Shown here: positions 11,222 to 22,959 of the stretch, one piece after another | Layout: each line of letters starts with the position of its first letter | Position numbering within the stretch: position 1 is the stretch's first letter | Source: Mytilus californianus | Lineage: Eukaryota | Assembly (NCBI RefSeq): GCF_021869535.1 | Contig: NW_026262679.1 | Span: 2,170,001 to 2,234,000 of the forward strand | Direction: 5' to 3' | Length of the DNA stretch: 64,000 bases | Notes under the pieces: generated by a model | What the model saw: only the letters and a program-made list of their open reading frames with translations | What the model was told of the DNA's origin: nothing | Database searches by the model: none | Made by a program: the position numbers and the translations under genes

Positions 11222-11751
11222 AAGTTCTTAATCAAATAAGACCGTTGTCCATAGACATTCAATCGGAAAAGAGTGACCTTGTGGAATCTCATGTCCAAAT
11301 CAGAAAACTAGCTTCATCTTTTCTCAAGCTTTGAGAAAGTGCAGAAGAATCATTCCATAACCTGTTTAAATTCGTGATCATATTGTTATCCTGTTTGCAA
11401 CGACGGTCGTGTAATGAACACTGTTTTATCTGATCTGTACACCGGGTTTAATTGCCTGAACATGAGATTTGCTTACAGGAGAAAAGTACATGAAGGAATA
11501 ATGTAAATGTTCATTGTATAGAATTGAATACCTCTGTTTACCTCGAGCTCGAGCTCTACAGCAATTAGACGCAATTCATCTTTTGTGTGCGACGAGGGGG
11601 GGGGGGGGGGGGGGGGGGGGTTGAGGGGGCATGTTTGTTTAGATTCTGAATTCCTTGAGCAATAAAGTAAAATTGAATTTAAAGTCAATTGAAACGAGTT
11701 TCTTTTAATTTAAATATTTTCAAAATTATTGAACCAATGCATGCATGCCAT

Positions 11752-11842
11752 ACCTTTACCTATAATGGTTTACTTTTATAAATTGTAACTTGGATGGAGA
11801 GTTGTCTCATTGGCACTCATACCACATCTTCCTATATCTATA
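11752..11842 (+). mobile_element. family B repeat, 3' fragment
   Basis: Matches 165-247 and 26884-26980 (reverse complement). Confidence 0.85.
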
Positions 11843-12453
11843 TCTTTATATATAACGTATACAGAATTCAACTTTATAAAAATTACACCATGCCAGACCC
11901 TTTTGTTTTCCACATCATCAATAATACCAATAATTAACAAGAGTTACGGGTCGAATCCGATAGCGAAACCAATAGTATATGTCACATGTAGTTTCCGGTT
12001 TTATGTATTTGCTGCAACTTCCTCCTTAATTAGGAACACCACCATGGGGTATGGTGTAAAGAGGGTCATTTATCACAATGTATTGGTACAGATTTAATGT
12101 TAGTATTTACCTATACCCAGTTTCCCAGCCTGGCCGTGACGGGTCTTACTACAAGAAAGTTAACCTTCCCAAAAACCAATAAGTACGATGCAATAAAACA
12201 TACGAACATACTCTCACCTGATTCGCTCATCTTTAAAATATAAAAATAAATGCAAAATATAAGGGATGAGGTTGTAGTTAGAAAACCAGGACTAGTTCAA
12301 ACAGAAAGATTTTTGAAAGAAGTGAAAACTGTGCACCTTATAATCAGCATGACTTTATCAGATGACAATACCAATACTAAGTATTTAAGCTAAAAATAAG
12401 GCGAAGGTATTTTTATTCAGTCAAGGACCCGCGATGGCGCGGGTGTGTTCTAG
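11843..12453 (+). mobile_element. non-autonomous Helitron (~610 bp)
   Basis: 5' A|TC.. start; GC-rich hairpin ACCCGCG-ATGG-CGCGGGT (12427-12444); 3' CTAG|T end (12450-12453); absent in the paralogous site near 36830. Confidence 0.75.
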
Positions 12454-13127
12454 TATAACAAAATAAGTCCGAAATGCACGTTATTAATATAAATTATGAT
12501 TCTATAACAAACTATCGACAAATAACGTTTTATTCAGTGGTTGTTGATCGCAAACTAATTAACTTTCGAGATTGTTGCCAATGCTTACCGGATCGTGATA
12601 TTGGTAAACAATCAACACAAAGCACGTGGAGTACGTGACAAATAAGTGAATTAATAGAGTCATTATATATATTTTTTTTTTTTATTTTTATGCGTTCCAA
12701 TTTATTATTTTATTTAACTTTTCCTTAACCTTCAAGTGCACGTTTGCATTCATTCATTTATCAGGGTTTTCCCCCTCAAACTTGCGCTGTGCGGTGGCCA
12801 AAGTTCTAACGAGAGATCTCGTAGGTCACTGTATACTGGAAAATATCTGCGGATTAGTGTACGGAAAGACAATAATTCAAAAGCAGTACATTTAGGAAGA
12901 TTTTGATAAGATAGAGGATTTTCTTTAACAAGAATGTTCACGTTCACTTTTATAGTAAAACTTAGCCATTCAAGCATATAACAACATATTATACTTTTTT
13001 TAAGTTTGAAGTTGCATATGACGTTAAAAAATCTTGTTCCTGTATGTTATTTGAAAAAAATTGTTTTACTGTTTTTCTAAAAGTCAAAATTTGTACTTGT
13101 CCCAACCCCTCAATACCATGAGAAAAC

Positions 13128-14305
13128 AATCTGGTTGTCAGAAAAGTCTAAGGTCTTTATATAGATATTTAATATATTTTATCATCTCTTGTGTCAGAAC
13201 AACCGCGTCCAGGTCGTGTTTAATATTTCCATGAGTTATTCCAAGAAAAATAATCGCATCCATTGATTTATGTTGAAATGAGTGCAAAATTTTGAGAGCC
13301 TGAGTTAAATGAATATTGCTGTTAGTAAGATACAGAACTTTAAGATGTGAAAATGGAATTAAAACGCCACTTTCAACAACAACAAAATGTTTACAAGTTG
13401 TCATGTGGAATTCCTTTATATTAACCGGCATATCTAAAAATTTCTGATTGTATAAAATCTTAACGTGGCAATTGTCAAATCTCAACTTTTGTAAAAGAGG
13501 GACGAAAGATACCAGAGGGATAGTCAAACTCATAGATCGAAAACAAACTGACAACGCCATGGCCAAAAATAAAAAGACAAACAGACAAATAATAGTACAG
13601 ATGACACAACATAGAAAACTAAAGACTAAGCAACACGAACCCCACCAATAACTGGGGGTGATCTCAGGTGCTCCGGAAGGGTAAGCAGATCCTGCTCCAC
13701 AAGTGACACCCGTCGTGTTGCTTATGTTATTACAAATCCGGTAAATAGTCTAATTCGGTAAGTATAATTGTAAATTGTGTAGATTCTTAAATTGCTCTCA
13801 CACGTTGCATTCAACACAATATCAATAGACATCTCACGCAAGTTGCAGAGTTCACCGACGGGGATATTATATTTGTCCGAATGCTCTGAAGTGTTCATAT
13901 TTCTACTAACATCTAAAACTGATCAATTCTGTAAAAATACAAACACTCCAGATGGTTACCATGTAGACACATCTAGTTGTTTTTTTTTTACCATAGACAA
14001 CTGTCGTAATAATGATAACCCAATGAAAGCCTTCGCATGCAATGATTTTAAACATTAATATTGAGTATTAGATGTACTAGATACTTATATTTATAAAAAC
14101 TGTTGGCACCCACTCTGGTCAGTCTGTTATAACTTAAATCCCATTTCTTTAAGTCAGTCGGTAAATTTGTCGGAACGGATGTAAATTCTTGGTATGTACA
14201 ATCAGCCTCCTTATCTCCTAATATGTTTAATGTGATATTGCATTTAGAATGTACCGTTGTATATGGATAAGCAAGTATAATCCAAATTGATATGATGATA
14301 AACAT
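13128..14305 (-). pseudogene. TLR-B copy 1, 5' fragment only (signal peptide + N-terminal LRRs)
   Basis: ORF 14048-14305 is MFIIISIWIILAYPY..CNITL..TSVPTNLP. It has frameshifts and a retro-insertion at 13496-13767. Homology to TLR stops at ~13128, so the 3' ~1.6 kb including TM/TIR is deleted. Confidence 0.93.
13496..13767 (-). mobile_element. Naiad-type 3' UTR-only insertion inside TLR-B copy 1
   Basis: Reverse complement of 10290-10560, flanked by a 7-bp direct repeat TTGTAAA (13489-13495 and 13768-13774). Confidence 0.92.
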
Positions 14306-15480
14306 TATTTTGATTAACTCAATTTGTAACTACTTCCTGCGTTATAGACCAATTCGATAAATGACTGCAGTGTGTGCATGTTATTAAATTTCCGACTTTA
14401 AAAGTATAAGAGTTTGTTACTATTGTATACGATGTTCTTTCAACTTAAAGTAGACTAAATAGACCGCCTGACTTATGAATTGAACAAAGGTGATTAATGA
14501 ATCAAAGACTTTCAAATTTCCTTGTTTTTGTCTTTAATAAAAAATAAAATTATATATTTAAATATTAAACGAATCACAAATGAATTTATATACGGAAGGT
14601 AAAAAATAAATAGATTGATTACAACATCACATTTACAAGGGAGGTTACTACTTAACTGATAAGAAAGCTAGCCCGGTTGTAAAGTATACACGCGGTTATC
14701 AGATCAATAGTATTTAAATCGAAGATAATGTCGACGGATGGAAAAAACTTTATCAATCTGAACAATAAGGGTGCGTGATCTTTACTTTTAAGTTTAGCTT
14801 ATAGTCTAATTCGGTAGGTCACATTCGTGAAAAGGGAATGGTAATGTAGTTACTCTTAGGTTCTAATAATATAATGGGTAATTCCTAAACAGATTACAAA
14901 ACTATAAACACCTAAAGGGACTGCAGATAGTCTAAACCAGAAAAAGATTGAAATATTTAATTATTTTTGGCAACGTTTGAGCATTTATCGTCAAAATGAA
15001 TAGATTTAAAATATAACAGCTAATTAAACCAAAATTTTATAAAAAAAAAATATTTTAATATAGTGAAGCTATTGTATGTATTGTATTTCGGATACAGATT
15101 AATTCATTTTGAGTAGCGTCGCCCGCTGATGTAAAAGTCAAAAACATTTTAAAACGGTAGAGCCGATTACCCCTCGATTTATTTCAAACCAGGGCCATTT
15201 ACAAATAGTCTATTAATCTTAAAGTTTACTTAGATCAATAGTACCACATCCCATTGTACACTCTTTAAAAGGTTTTTACAATATAAGTTTAGCTATCGAC
15301 GTCCTTCGATGCAAAATTTGACAAAAACATGTAAAATTTACAAATTTGTATCAATATGTCTTCAACAGCATGCAACATGTAACGCTGAATTTCATTTTGA
15401 GCTTTTGGAAATTTATGTGTATAATTGTTAAAAAAATATTTTAATTATATGATAAACACTTTTTAATATTAAACTTCAAG

Positions 15481-18385
15481 TAACTAACTAACTAACTAAC
15501 TAACGAACTAATTTTATTCAGTATAAAATCCGGTACAAAAGGATCATCGCTGAAATACATGAAAACATAGAAAAACAAAACAAAAATAAAACATAAAGAG
15601 ACAACAATTGTGACACTTATAACAAACAATAGACAAAACAACCACTTCAATATTATAATTCCCACTGATGAATTTCTAATCAAAATACATTTGTCTATAT
15701 ATAAAAGAAATCTGTTGAGAACATCAGTCTCCGAACAGTTCATTAAATATCTAAATTTTTCAAAATTATCTTACTTACAAAAACACGGTATACTAGTAAT
15801 ATTAACAATGTCATCATTAAACTTTTTCCTCTCGTCTTGATAGAGGTTACATTCACATATAAAATGAAACTCATCTTCAATTTTGTTATCAATACAATGT
15901 TTACATATTCTTTGATCCAAAGGCGTATTATTATATCTGCCTTTTTCAATGTGTAAATTGTGGTTAGAAATTCTTAATTTACATAACTGTCTAATATATT
16001 GTTTTGAGATATTCAACTTTGTATAAGTCTCAGGTTTATATTCCTTTTTTAACTTGTAATATGTGCGTAATTTGTTTTGGTGTTCGCCTGACAAACATGT
16101 GAAAAAATATTTTCCATATCTTTCTTGTAATATCTTTTTCACTGCAGAAATGAGTTTTCCTTCTGACAGAGTTCCTTTATTATTCCAGACATGGTCAAAA
16201 CCAATGAATTTTAGAAACTGAAAAATGTGTTTACTGAAGGTACATGGAAAGGTACAATCAACATCTTCGATTGACTTATATGCTAATTTTGAAAAATTCA
16301 AAAGAGGGTCTTTATACAAATATATCCAGTATTTAAGAGATTGCAAAATAACAAATATAGAGATTGGAGAACGACCAAGTTCTGCCATACTGGCAATATT
16401 AGAAGCATATTTAGTTGCACCAAGTACAAATTTACAATATCGAATGTGAACCTTTTTAGGTGCCAAATTAAAAAAACGTTTTTTCTAAATCATCATTTGA
16501 ACCTGGTGTTAATCTTTTGTCCAGGTTAAGAATGTACGGACCCCACAATTCACTTCCATAAAGAAGGACTGGTTTAACACAGGAGTCAAAAAGTTTTTAA
16601 GAGCAAAGGTGTATTATTATGTGTACAGTGAAATTTACGTTTAATCATGAAAATTACTTTAAGAGCTTTCTTACTGAGATCTTCAACTGCAGTACTGAAA
16701 GAACCTGATCCTCTCATTACAATTCCTAGGTATTTATACTCTTGAACACTTTTGATAAGATTTTGCTCAAAATAAAAATTACAGTCTTTCAATAATTTAC
16801 CTGATTTATTAAATACTATTATTTGAGTTTTTTCTATATTCAGTGATAATTGTCTTTTTTGACAATAAAGTTCCAATGAGGAGAAACAGTTTTGTAGCCC
16901 TTCTTTGGTTTGAGACATTAAAATTATGTCATCTGCATACATTAAACAATTTAAGCTTGTATTCCCTATATCTACTGGATCATATTTCTTATCAAGATAT
17001 CCTGGAAAGTCATTCATAAATAAATTGAAAAGAAGGGGACTCAGTAAACACCTTTGTTTTACACCAACATTTGAGAGTATGGAATCAGTTAGTCCGGAGT
17101 CTAGTTTAATTGAATATTTAACACATGTATACATATCTTTGATAAAATGGAAAATCTTGCCACTAATACCTTGCTCAAAAAGTTTAGAAAAGAGAAAATT
17201 CCTCCGAACTGTGTCAAAGGCTTTTCTAAAATCAACAAAACAACAATATAGATATTTTTTTGCCCTAAACATCTTATCCACAATAAATTTTAATGTATAA
17301 ACATGATCAATTGTTCTGTTAGCTTTTCTAAAGCCTATTTGATTTTTACATAGTATGTTGTTTTCAGTTACAAATAAATCTAATCTGTTGCATAAGATCT
17401 TTACAAACAACTTACTTAGACAACTAGATATTGCTATACCTCTGTAGTTACTTGGATCTCTAACGTCTCCTGTTTTAAAAAAAGGTTTAATCATACTTTC
17501 TGTCCAACTACTAGGAAATTGATCTCAAAATGATATTGAAAAGTTTGCAAATACAATTCAACATATTCATACTAGAATGTGTAAGCATCTCATTACTTAT
17601 ACATTCAAAACCTACACTTGTGTTATTCTTTAAACTTTTTATAGCTTTCAACACTTCCTGCATATTTATATCATAATCAAGTAAAACATTATACCTTGAA
17701 GGAAAATCATCCTGTTCATTATTACAATCTACATTTAAAAGTTTATCAAAATAATTATACCATTCATCAGAGGGAATATTGGAGCTCTGATCACTGATGT
17801 CCTTGTCAGAATATTTAAATTTATTAATAATATCCCAATAAGCCTTGGGATTTTTGTTTTCTAATTCCAGTAAGGAATCGAGCATCTTTGCTTTATACTG
17901 TCGTGTTTTTTTTTCGTACTAGTTTTTTGAACTGCTTTTTTAGTCCATAGTAATTCTTCAACTTTTCTTCATTTACAGAACCCTTAGAGAGTGAACGAGA
18001 AGATTGGATTAAATTACGATACATTGATTCGCACTCTCTGTCAAACCCTAAACTAGATTTCTTTCATTTACGTTTTTTAGAATTAAACCTGTTACCCTTG
18101 GGAAGATTTAAATGACTTCTTATCTTATTGAGAATTTTGTGAAAAATATCTGTTAAATCCTCAGCTGCTTCATCCACCCCGTTTCTTTGTAATACTCTTT
18201 ACCTAAGAATAGTTGTACATTAAATTCAACTTCCTTTGATAACATCATATCTGTATAACATTTTTGAACCGCATTGTTCCATTGTAAACCCTTAGGTATT
18301 GGTCGCCCAACTTTTTGTTGTACTTGAGAATAATTTAAAGATAAACATACATTTATAGGACAGTGATCAAGTATGATAAAGATAT
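15481..18385 (-). mobile_element. LINE (APE-RT type, RTEX/CR1-L2-like), 5'-truncated or interrupted, with (TTAG)n tail
   Basis: Minus strand shows DHCPI (end of APE), GFDREC linker, RT, and C-terminal KLRISNHNLHIEKGRY..RICKHC..EDEFHF..C. The 3' AATAAA is followed by (TTAG)n (plus-strand TAAC repeats, 15481-15510). Confidence 0.88.
15771..17885 (-). pseudogene. LINE ORF2 remnant (RT and C-terminal domain), split by stops/frameshifts
   Basis: ORFs 17511-17885, 16586-17494 (DPSNYRGIAISSCLSKLF, NQIGFR, VDFRKAFD, GVKQRCLLSPLLFNLF, YADD) and 15771-16466. Confidence 0.88.
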
Positions 18386-18616
18386 TGTTGTGTATTTATA
18401 ACTGCATTTTGGGTTCTTGTATATATAACATAACTACTAAATAAACGTGACTGCTTCTATAACTACATTTTATTAAACTGAACTATTTCATTGATACATA
18501 AGTACGACAGATAGAAATGTGAGAGCCTCTGCTGTAGATTAAAACTGCGTAGTATTTATAATCCGGTAATTTATAATAGAAGATAAAATAAACAAATAAA
18601 ATGTCAAAACACTATA
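18386..18616 (-). repeat. 3' LTR of Gypsy element (231 bp)
   Basis: Direct repeat of 22693-22959, differing by substitutions and indels. Confidence 0.9.
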
Positions 18617-19008
18617 GTTCCTCCCTGCTAATTCCAGACGTGTGCGCGTGATAAGAATTATGAATGAAAATTGACCTAGCAAATTGAAAACAAAAATAAG
18701 AGTAGATAGAAAGATAGGTCATGCAGTTTACATTATTTTCTCAATATCATGCAAGATCAGACCTTGGTCTGATTATGATTACACGAGGGTTATTATGCCT
18801 CATAATGTGTAACCATAAAATTCCTATTCTTGCACACTGACTATTCCATTTCGGCGATTAATCTTTTTGGTGGATTTCGTTCTCTTATTGGATTTCGTCG
18901 CGGGCTTGTCATTTCATCGCTTTTGTTTTACTCCGGTGATTTTTTGGCCACATGTTGTTGTGTGCGTGTCTCCGTATTGTCAACTATAATATTATCGTTT
19001 TCGATTGA

Positions 19009-22000
19009 TTATTCATACGATTTTGGCATTTGAGTAGACTTTAATTGTTCAGTATGCCTTCTCCATGTGTGTCCGTTGTCGGTTGAAACTTTATACATGA
19101 GTGGTCCTTCACGCTCGCTAATAATTCCTGCTACCCACGGATCTTTTCCTCTATAGTCCTTTGCAATAACTCTTTCGTCTACTTCAAATTGTCTGTCCTT
19201 CTTATTCATTCTAATTTCACAAGATTTTTCCTGGCTCTTTCTAACGGTGTTAGGTAAGTTTGGTTTTAACAAATGAAGTCTAGATCTTAAGTCTCTTCCT
19301 AGAAATAGTTTTGATGGTGTTTCATGGGTGCTTGTGTGTGGTGTCTGGCGATACGTCAACAAGAAGTTTGCAATCTTTTTGTTTACATCACCAGATTCCC
19401 ATTTCATTGCTTTCATTGACTGTTTAAATGTTTGAATAAATCTCTCAGCAAGTCCATTTGTTGCTGGATGATAGGTTGCTGACTTCGTGTGTTTTATTCC
19501 ATTTTGTCTCAAGAATTCTGCGAATTCTGCAGATGCAAAACTTGGTCCATTATCCGATACAATATGAGCAGGTACTCCATTTCTAGCAAATACTTGTCTC
19601 ATAATGTCAATTGTTTTAGTTGCTGTAATCGATTTCATTTCGAAAACCTCGAGACCATTTGCTATGCGCGTCCTCCATTACAAAAAACATTCTGTTGATA
19701 AACGGTCCAGCGTAGTCTATATGGACTCGTTGCCACGGGGTCTCAGGCCACTCCCATGGGTGTAACGGTGTTAGTGCTGGTGCGTGCTGATTTGTCTGGC
19801 ATCCAGTGCAGCTTTTGACTAAATGTTCAATGTCACTGTCTATACCGGGCCACCAGACATGTCCCCTGGCCAACGCCTTTATTTTCACCACTCCCGGGTG
19901 ACTACTATGAAGTAATTCTAGAATTCGGTTCCTGAATTTTTATCGGAATTATGACTCTTATTCCCCACAGAAGGCAACAATGACTAACGGTTAATTCATT
20001 TCTGCGGGTGAAATAATGTTTCATTAACGAATCGTCCGTTATTTCCCATCAATTGGAACAATACTGATGCTAATAGCTTTTCTTTTCGAGTTTTACGTTG
20101 AATTTCGGCGCTTGTAATTGGGAAGTCCTTAATTTGTGACACGCGAAAAAGATCATCTGCGTCTTCACTGTTCATTTTTATGTCACTTTGCAACGGTAGT
20201 CGCGATAATGCGTCTGCATTATTGTGTTTCTTTGTATTTTTATATTCGATGTTGTATGTAAATCCAGAGAGAAAAATAGCATAACGCTGTAACCTAGTGG
20301 CGGTAGTTACAGGAATTGATTTTTCAGGATTAGAAATTGCTGTTAAAGGTTGATGATCAGTAATTAAAGAAAATTTCCTACCGTACAGAAATGTGTTAAA
20401 TTTCTTCACTCCCCACACTATTCCAAGCGCCTCCTTTTGGATTTGTGCATAGTTCTTTTCGGATTTTGTAAGACTCCTCGATGCGAAAGAAATTGGTCTT
20501 TCCGATCCATTCGGCATAACGTGAGATAACACTACCCCAAGTCCGAATGGCGAAGCATCACACGCTAAACGGACTGGTAATTCGGGGTTGTAGTGTGTTA
20601 ACACTTGGTCTGACGCAATAAGCTCCTTTGTCTATTTGAAGGCCTTTTCACAATCGTCTGTCCAGCGCCATATTCGCTCTTTTTCTAGCAGTTGATTCAA
20701 TGGTTTAAGTACAGTTGCTGAATTGGGCATAAATCTGTGATAATAATTTATCAGTCCTAAGAATGCACGTACATCCTTGACATTTTTCGGAGTCGGAGTT
20801 TCCATTACAGCCTGCACTTTGTCTGAAGTTTTCCTCAGTCCATCTGCACTAATTTCATTCCGCAGCATATGACTTTGTCCTTGAGAAAAGAACATTTCTG
20901 CAAGTTTGCCCTTAAACCATAGTTCTGAAGTCTCTGTAACACATTTTTCAAGTTTTGCAGGTGTGTTTCGTCATCAGGGCCCGTTATTATCATGTCGTTC
21001 AACATGCATTGTACACTATCAAGTCCATTTAATACCTGATCCATTGTTCTTTGCCGTATAGCTGGGGCTGACGCAATTACGAATAATATCCTATTATAAC
21101 GATACAGTCCTTTGTGTGTATTGATTGTCATAAATGGTTTTTATTCATCGTCTACCTCCATATGTAAATATGCATTTCGGAGATCAAGTTTCGTGTATTT
21201 CTGTCCTCCTGCGAGAGTAGCGAGTATCTCGCTGTCCGAGGAAGCGGGTACTGATCCACATTAAGCATAGGATTCAAAGGTGGTTTTGAAATCTCCACAT
21301 ATACGAATTGTACCATTTGAATTCATAACGGGGACAATTGGTGATGCCCATTCACCTCTGTCGACCTTTGAAATTATTCCTTCCTTTTCAAGCCTTATGA
21401 GCTCTCGCTTCACTTGCGGTTTGACTGAAAATGGCACCGGTCTAGCTTTAACGAATTTCGGTGAAGCATTTTCTTTTAACGTGAGATGTGCTTTAATATC
21501 TGCAACACACCCTATTCCCTCACGGAATACATTTGAATACTCCTTCAGTAATAAATCGGCCAGCTTTTCATTTGAATTTCTTGACACTGAAATTTTGTTC
21601 ATCCACTTGAGATTTTTCCATTCTAAATTGATTTTTCTTAACCAATCACGCCCAAACAATGCAGGGCCACCTTTTTGCACTACATACAATTTAAAATTTT
21701 CACATTGACCATTATATTTAACTTGCACATTCATATATCCAGTTGGAATTAACAACGCTCATGTCGTTTTCAGGGTGACATTTCCGCTTTCAAGCTTTTC
21801 ATTTTGAAAATACTTTTCGTAATCCAGAGCAGAAATTACTGACACGGCTGAACCTGTATCCAGCTCCATTTTAACTTCTTTTCTTATCACATTTGGCGTA
21901 ATCCAAATTGAATTCTGATTGGAATTTGTAACACTGTAAATTCCTAAGTAATCATCCTGATCACTTGTGTATTCCCGTGATTGATGTTCCGAAGAATTAA

Positions 22001-22599
22001 CATTCTTTTGCGCCGGTTTTTGTTTCGGTTTACCGGATGATCTACACGCTTTACGAATATGTCCTTTCTTATTACAGCTTATAACTCAATTGCATCTTTG
22101 TTTGCAGTCTCTGCGGCTATACCAATTCCGATAGCTTTTACAAAAGTTAAGTCCGGCACTGTTAACAGTTTCTTGTGTGTCTGTTCATCCTTAAGTCCAA
22201 CCACAAACTGGTTTCTTAAAGATTCATTTTTAATTTCCCAAATTCACAATACTCGGCAAACTTTCTAAGTCATGATACATATCTATTCACAGTTTCTCCC
22301 TGTATTTGATAACGTTTATAAAACCGGAATCTCTCTGCGACAATCAATGATTTCGGGTTTAAATGGTCCTTCAATAACTTTACAATATCGTCATACGATT
22401 TAGTTGCGGGTTTATTTGGTAAAGTAAAATTTCTTAGAAGTCCTAAGGTTTTCCCTCCTAACAATGTCAATAAAGCTGGAACCTTCTTTTCATTTTCAAG
22501 TGCGTTCACTGCAAAATATTGTTCCAGTCTTTCAACGTACGAACTCCACGTTTCCGTGCTATCATCAAACGGCTCTATTTTCCCTATATATCCTGCCAT
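19009..22599 (-). pseudogene. Gypsy gag-pol remnant
   Basis: Gag MAGYIGKIEPFD..YVERLEQYF; knuckle CNKKGHIRKAC; protease MELDTGSAVSVI (~21880); RT IRICGDFK; RNaseH LACDAS; integrase HVWWPGID, RVHIDYAGP, IVSDNG, YHPATNGLAER. Multiple frameshifts. Confidence 0.93.
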
Positions 22600-22674
22600 T
22601 GTCTAATTAACCAAGGTAATTTCACAGAAATTTTTTTTTTCGGAAATGTCCTTTGAATTAAAGACGATAAATGG

Positions 22675-22689
22675 CCATCCTCGTCGCCA
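22675..22689 (-). promoter_or_regulatory. primer binding site complementary to the 3' end of tRNA-Ser(GCU)
   Basis: Minus strand TGGCGACGAGGATGG lies 3 nt inside the 5' LTR. It is complementary to CCATCCTCGTCGCCA, which I recall as the metazoan tRNA-Ser(GCU) 3' end. Confidence 0.8.
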
Positions 22690-22692
22690 AAA

Positions 22693-22959
22693 TGTTGTGT
22701 ATTTATAACTGCATTTTGGGTTCTTGTATATATAACACAACTACTAAATAAACTTGACTGCTTCTATAACTACATTTTATTAAACTATTTCATAGATACA
22801 TACATACAAAAGTACGACAGATAGAAACCAGATGAGATTTAATTGCCTTAATTTGTACAATGTCAGACTCTCTGCTGTAGGTTAAAACTGCGTAATATTT
22901 ATAATCCGGTAATTTATAAAAGAAGATAAAATAATCACAAAAAATGTCAAAACACCATA
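22693..22959 (-). repeat. 5' LTR of Gypsy element (267 bp)
   Basis: Direct repeat of 18386-18616, adjacent to the PBS. Confidence 0.9.

Larger units (their letters stand above)
18386..22959 (-). mobile_element. Ty3/Gypsy LTR retrotransposon (Mag-like), full length but degenerate
   Basis: Two LTRs; 5-bp TSD GATAT (18381-18385, 22960-22964); PBS; PPT AGGGAGGAA (~18618-18626, minus); gag then PR-RT-RH-IN order. Confidence 0.95.

Noticed and set aside
11596-11620. Poly-G tracts (G25 here, G19 at 23329-23347, G-rich ~48190) as functional G-quadruplexes
   Set aside because: The paralogous sites have only short G runs, so this is simple slippage expansion or sequencing homopolymer noise.
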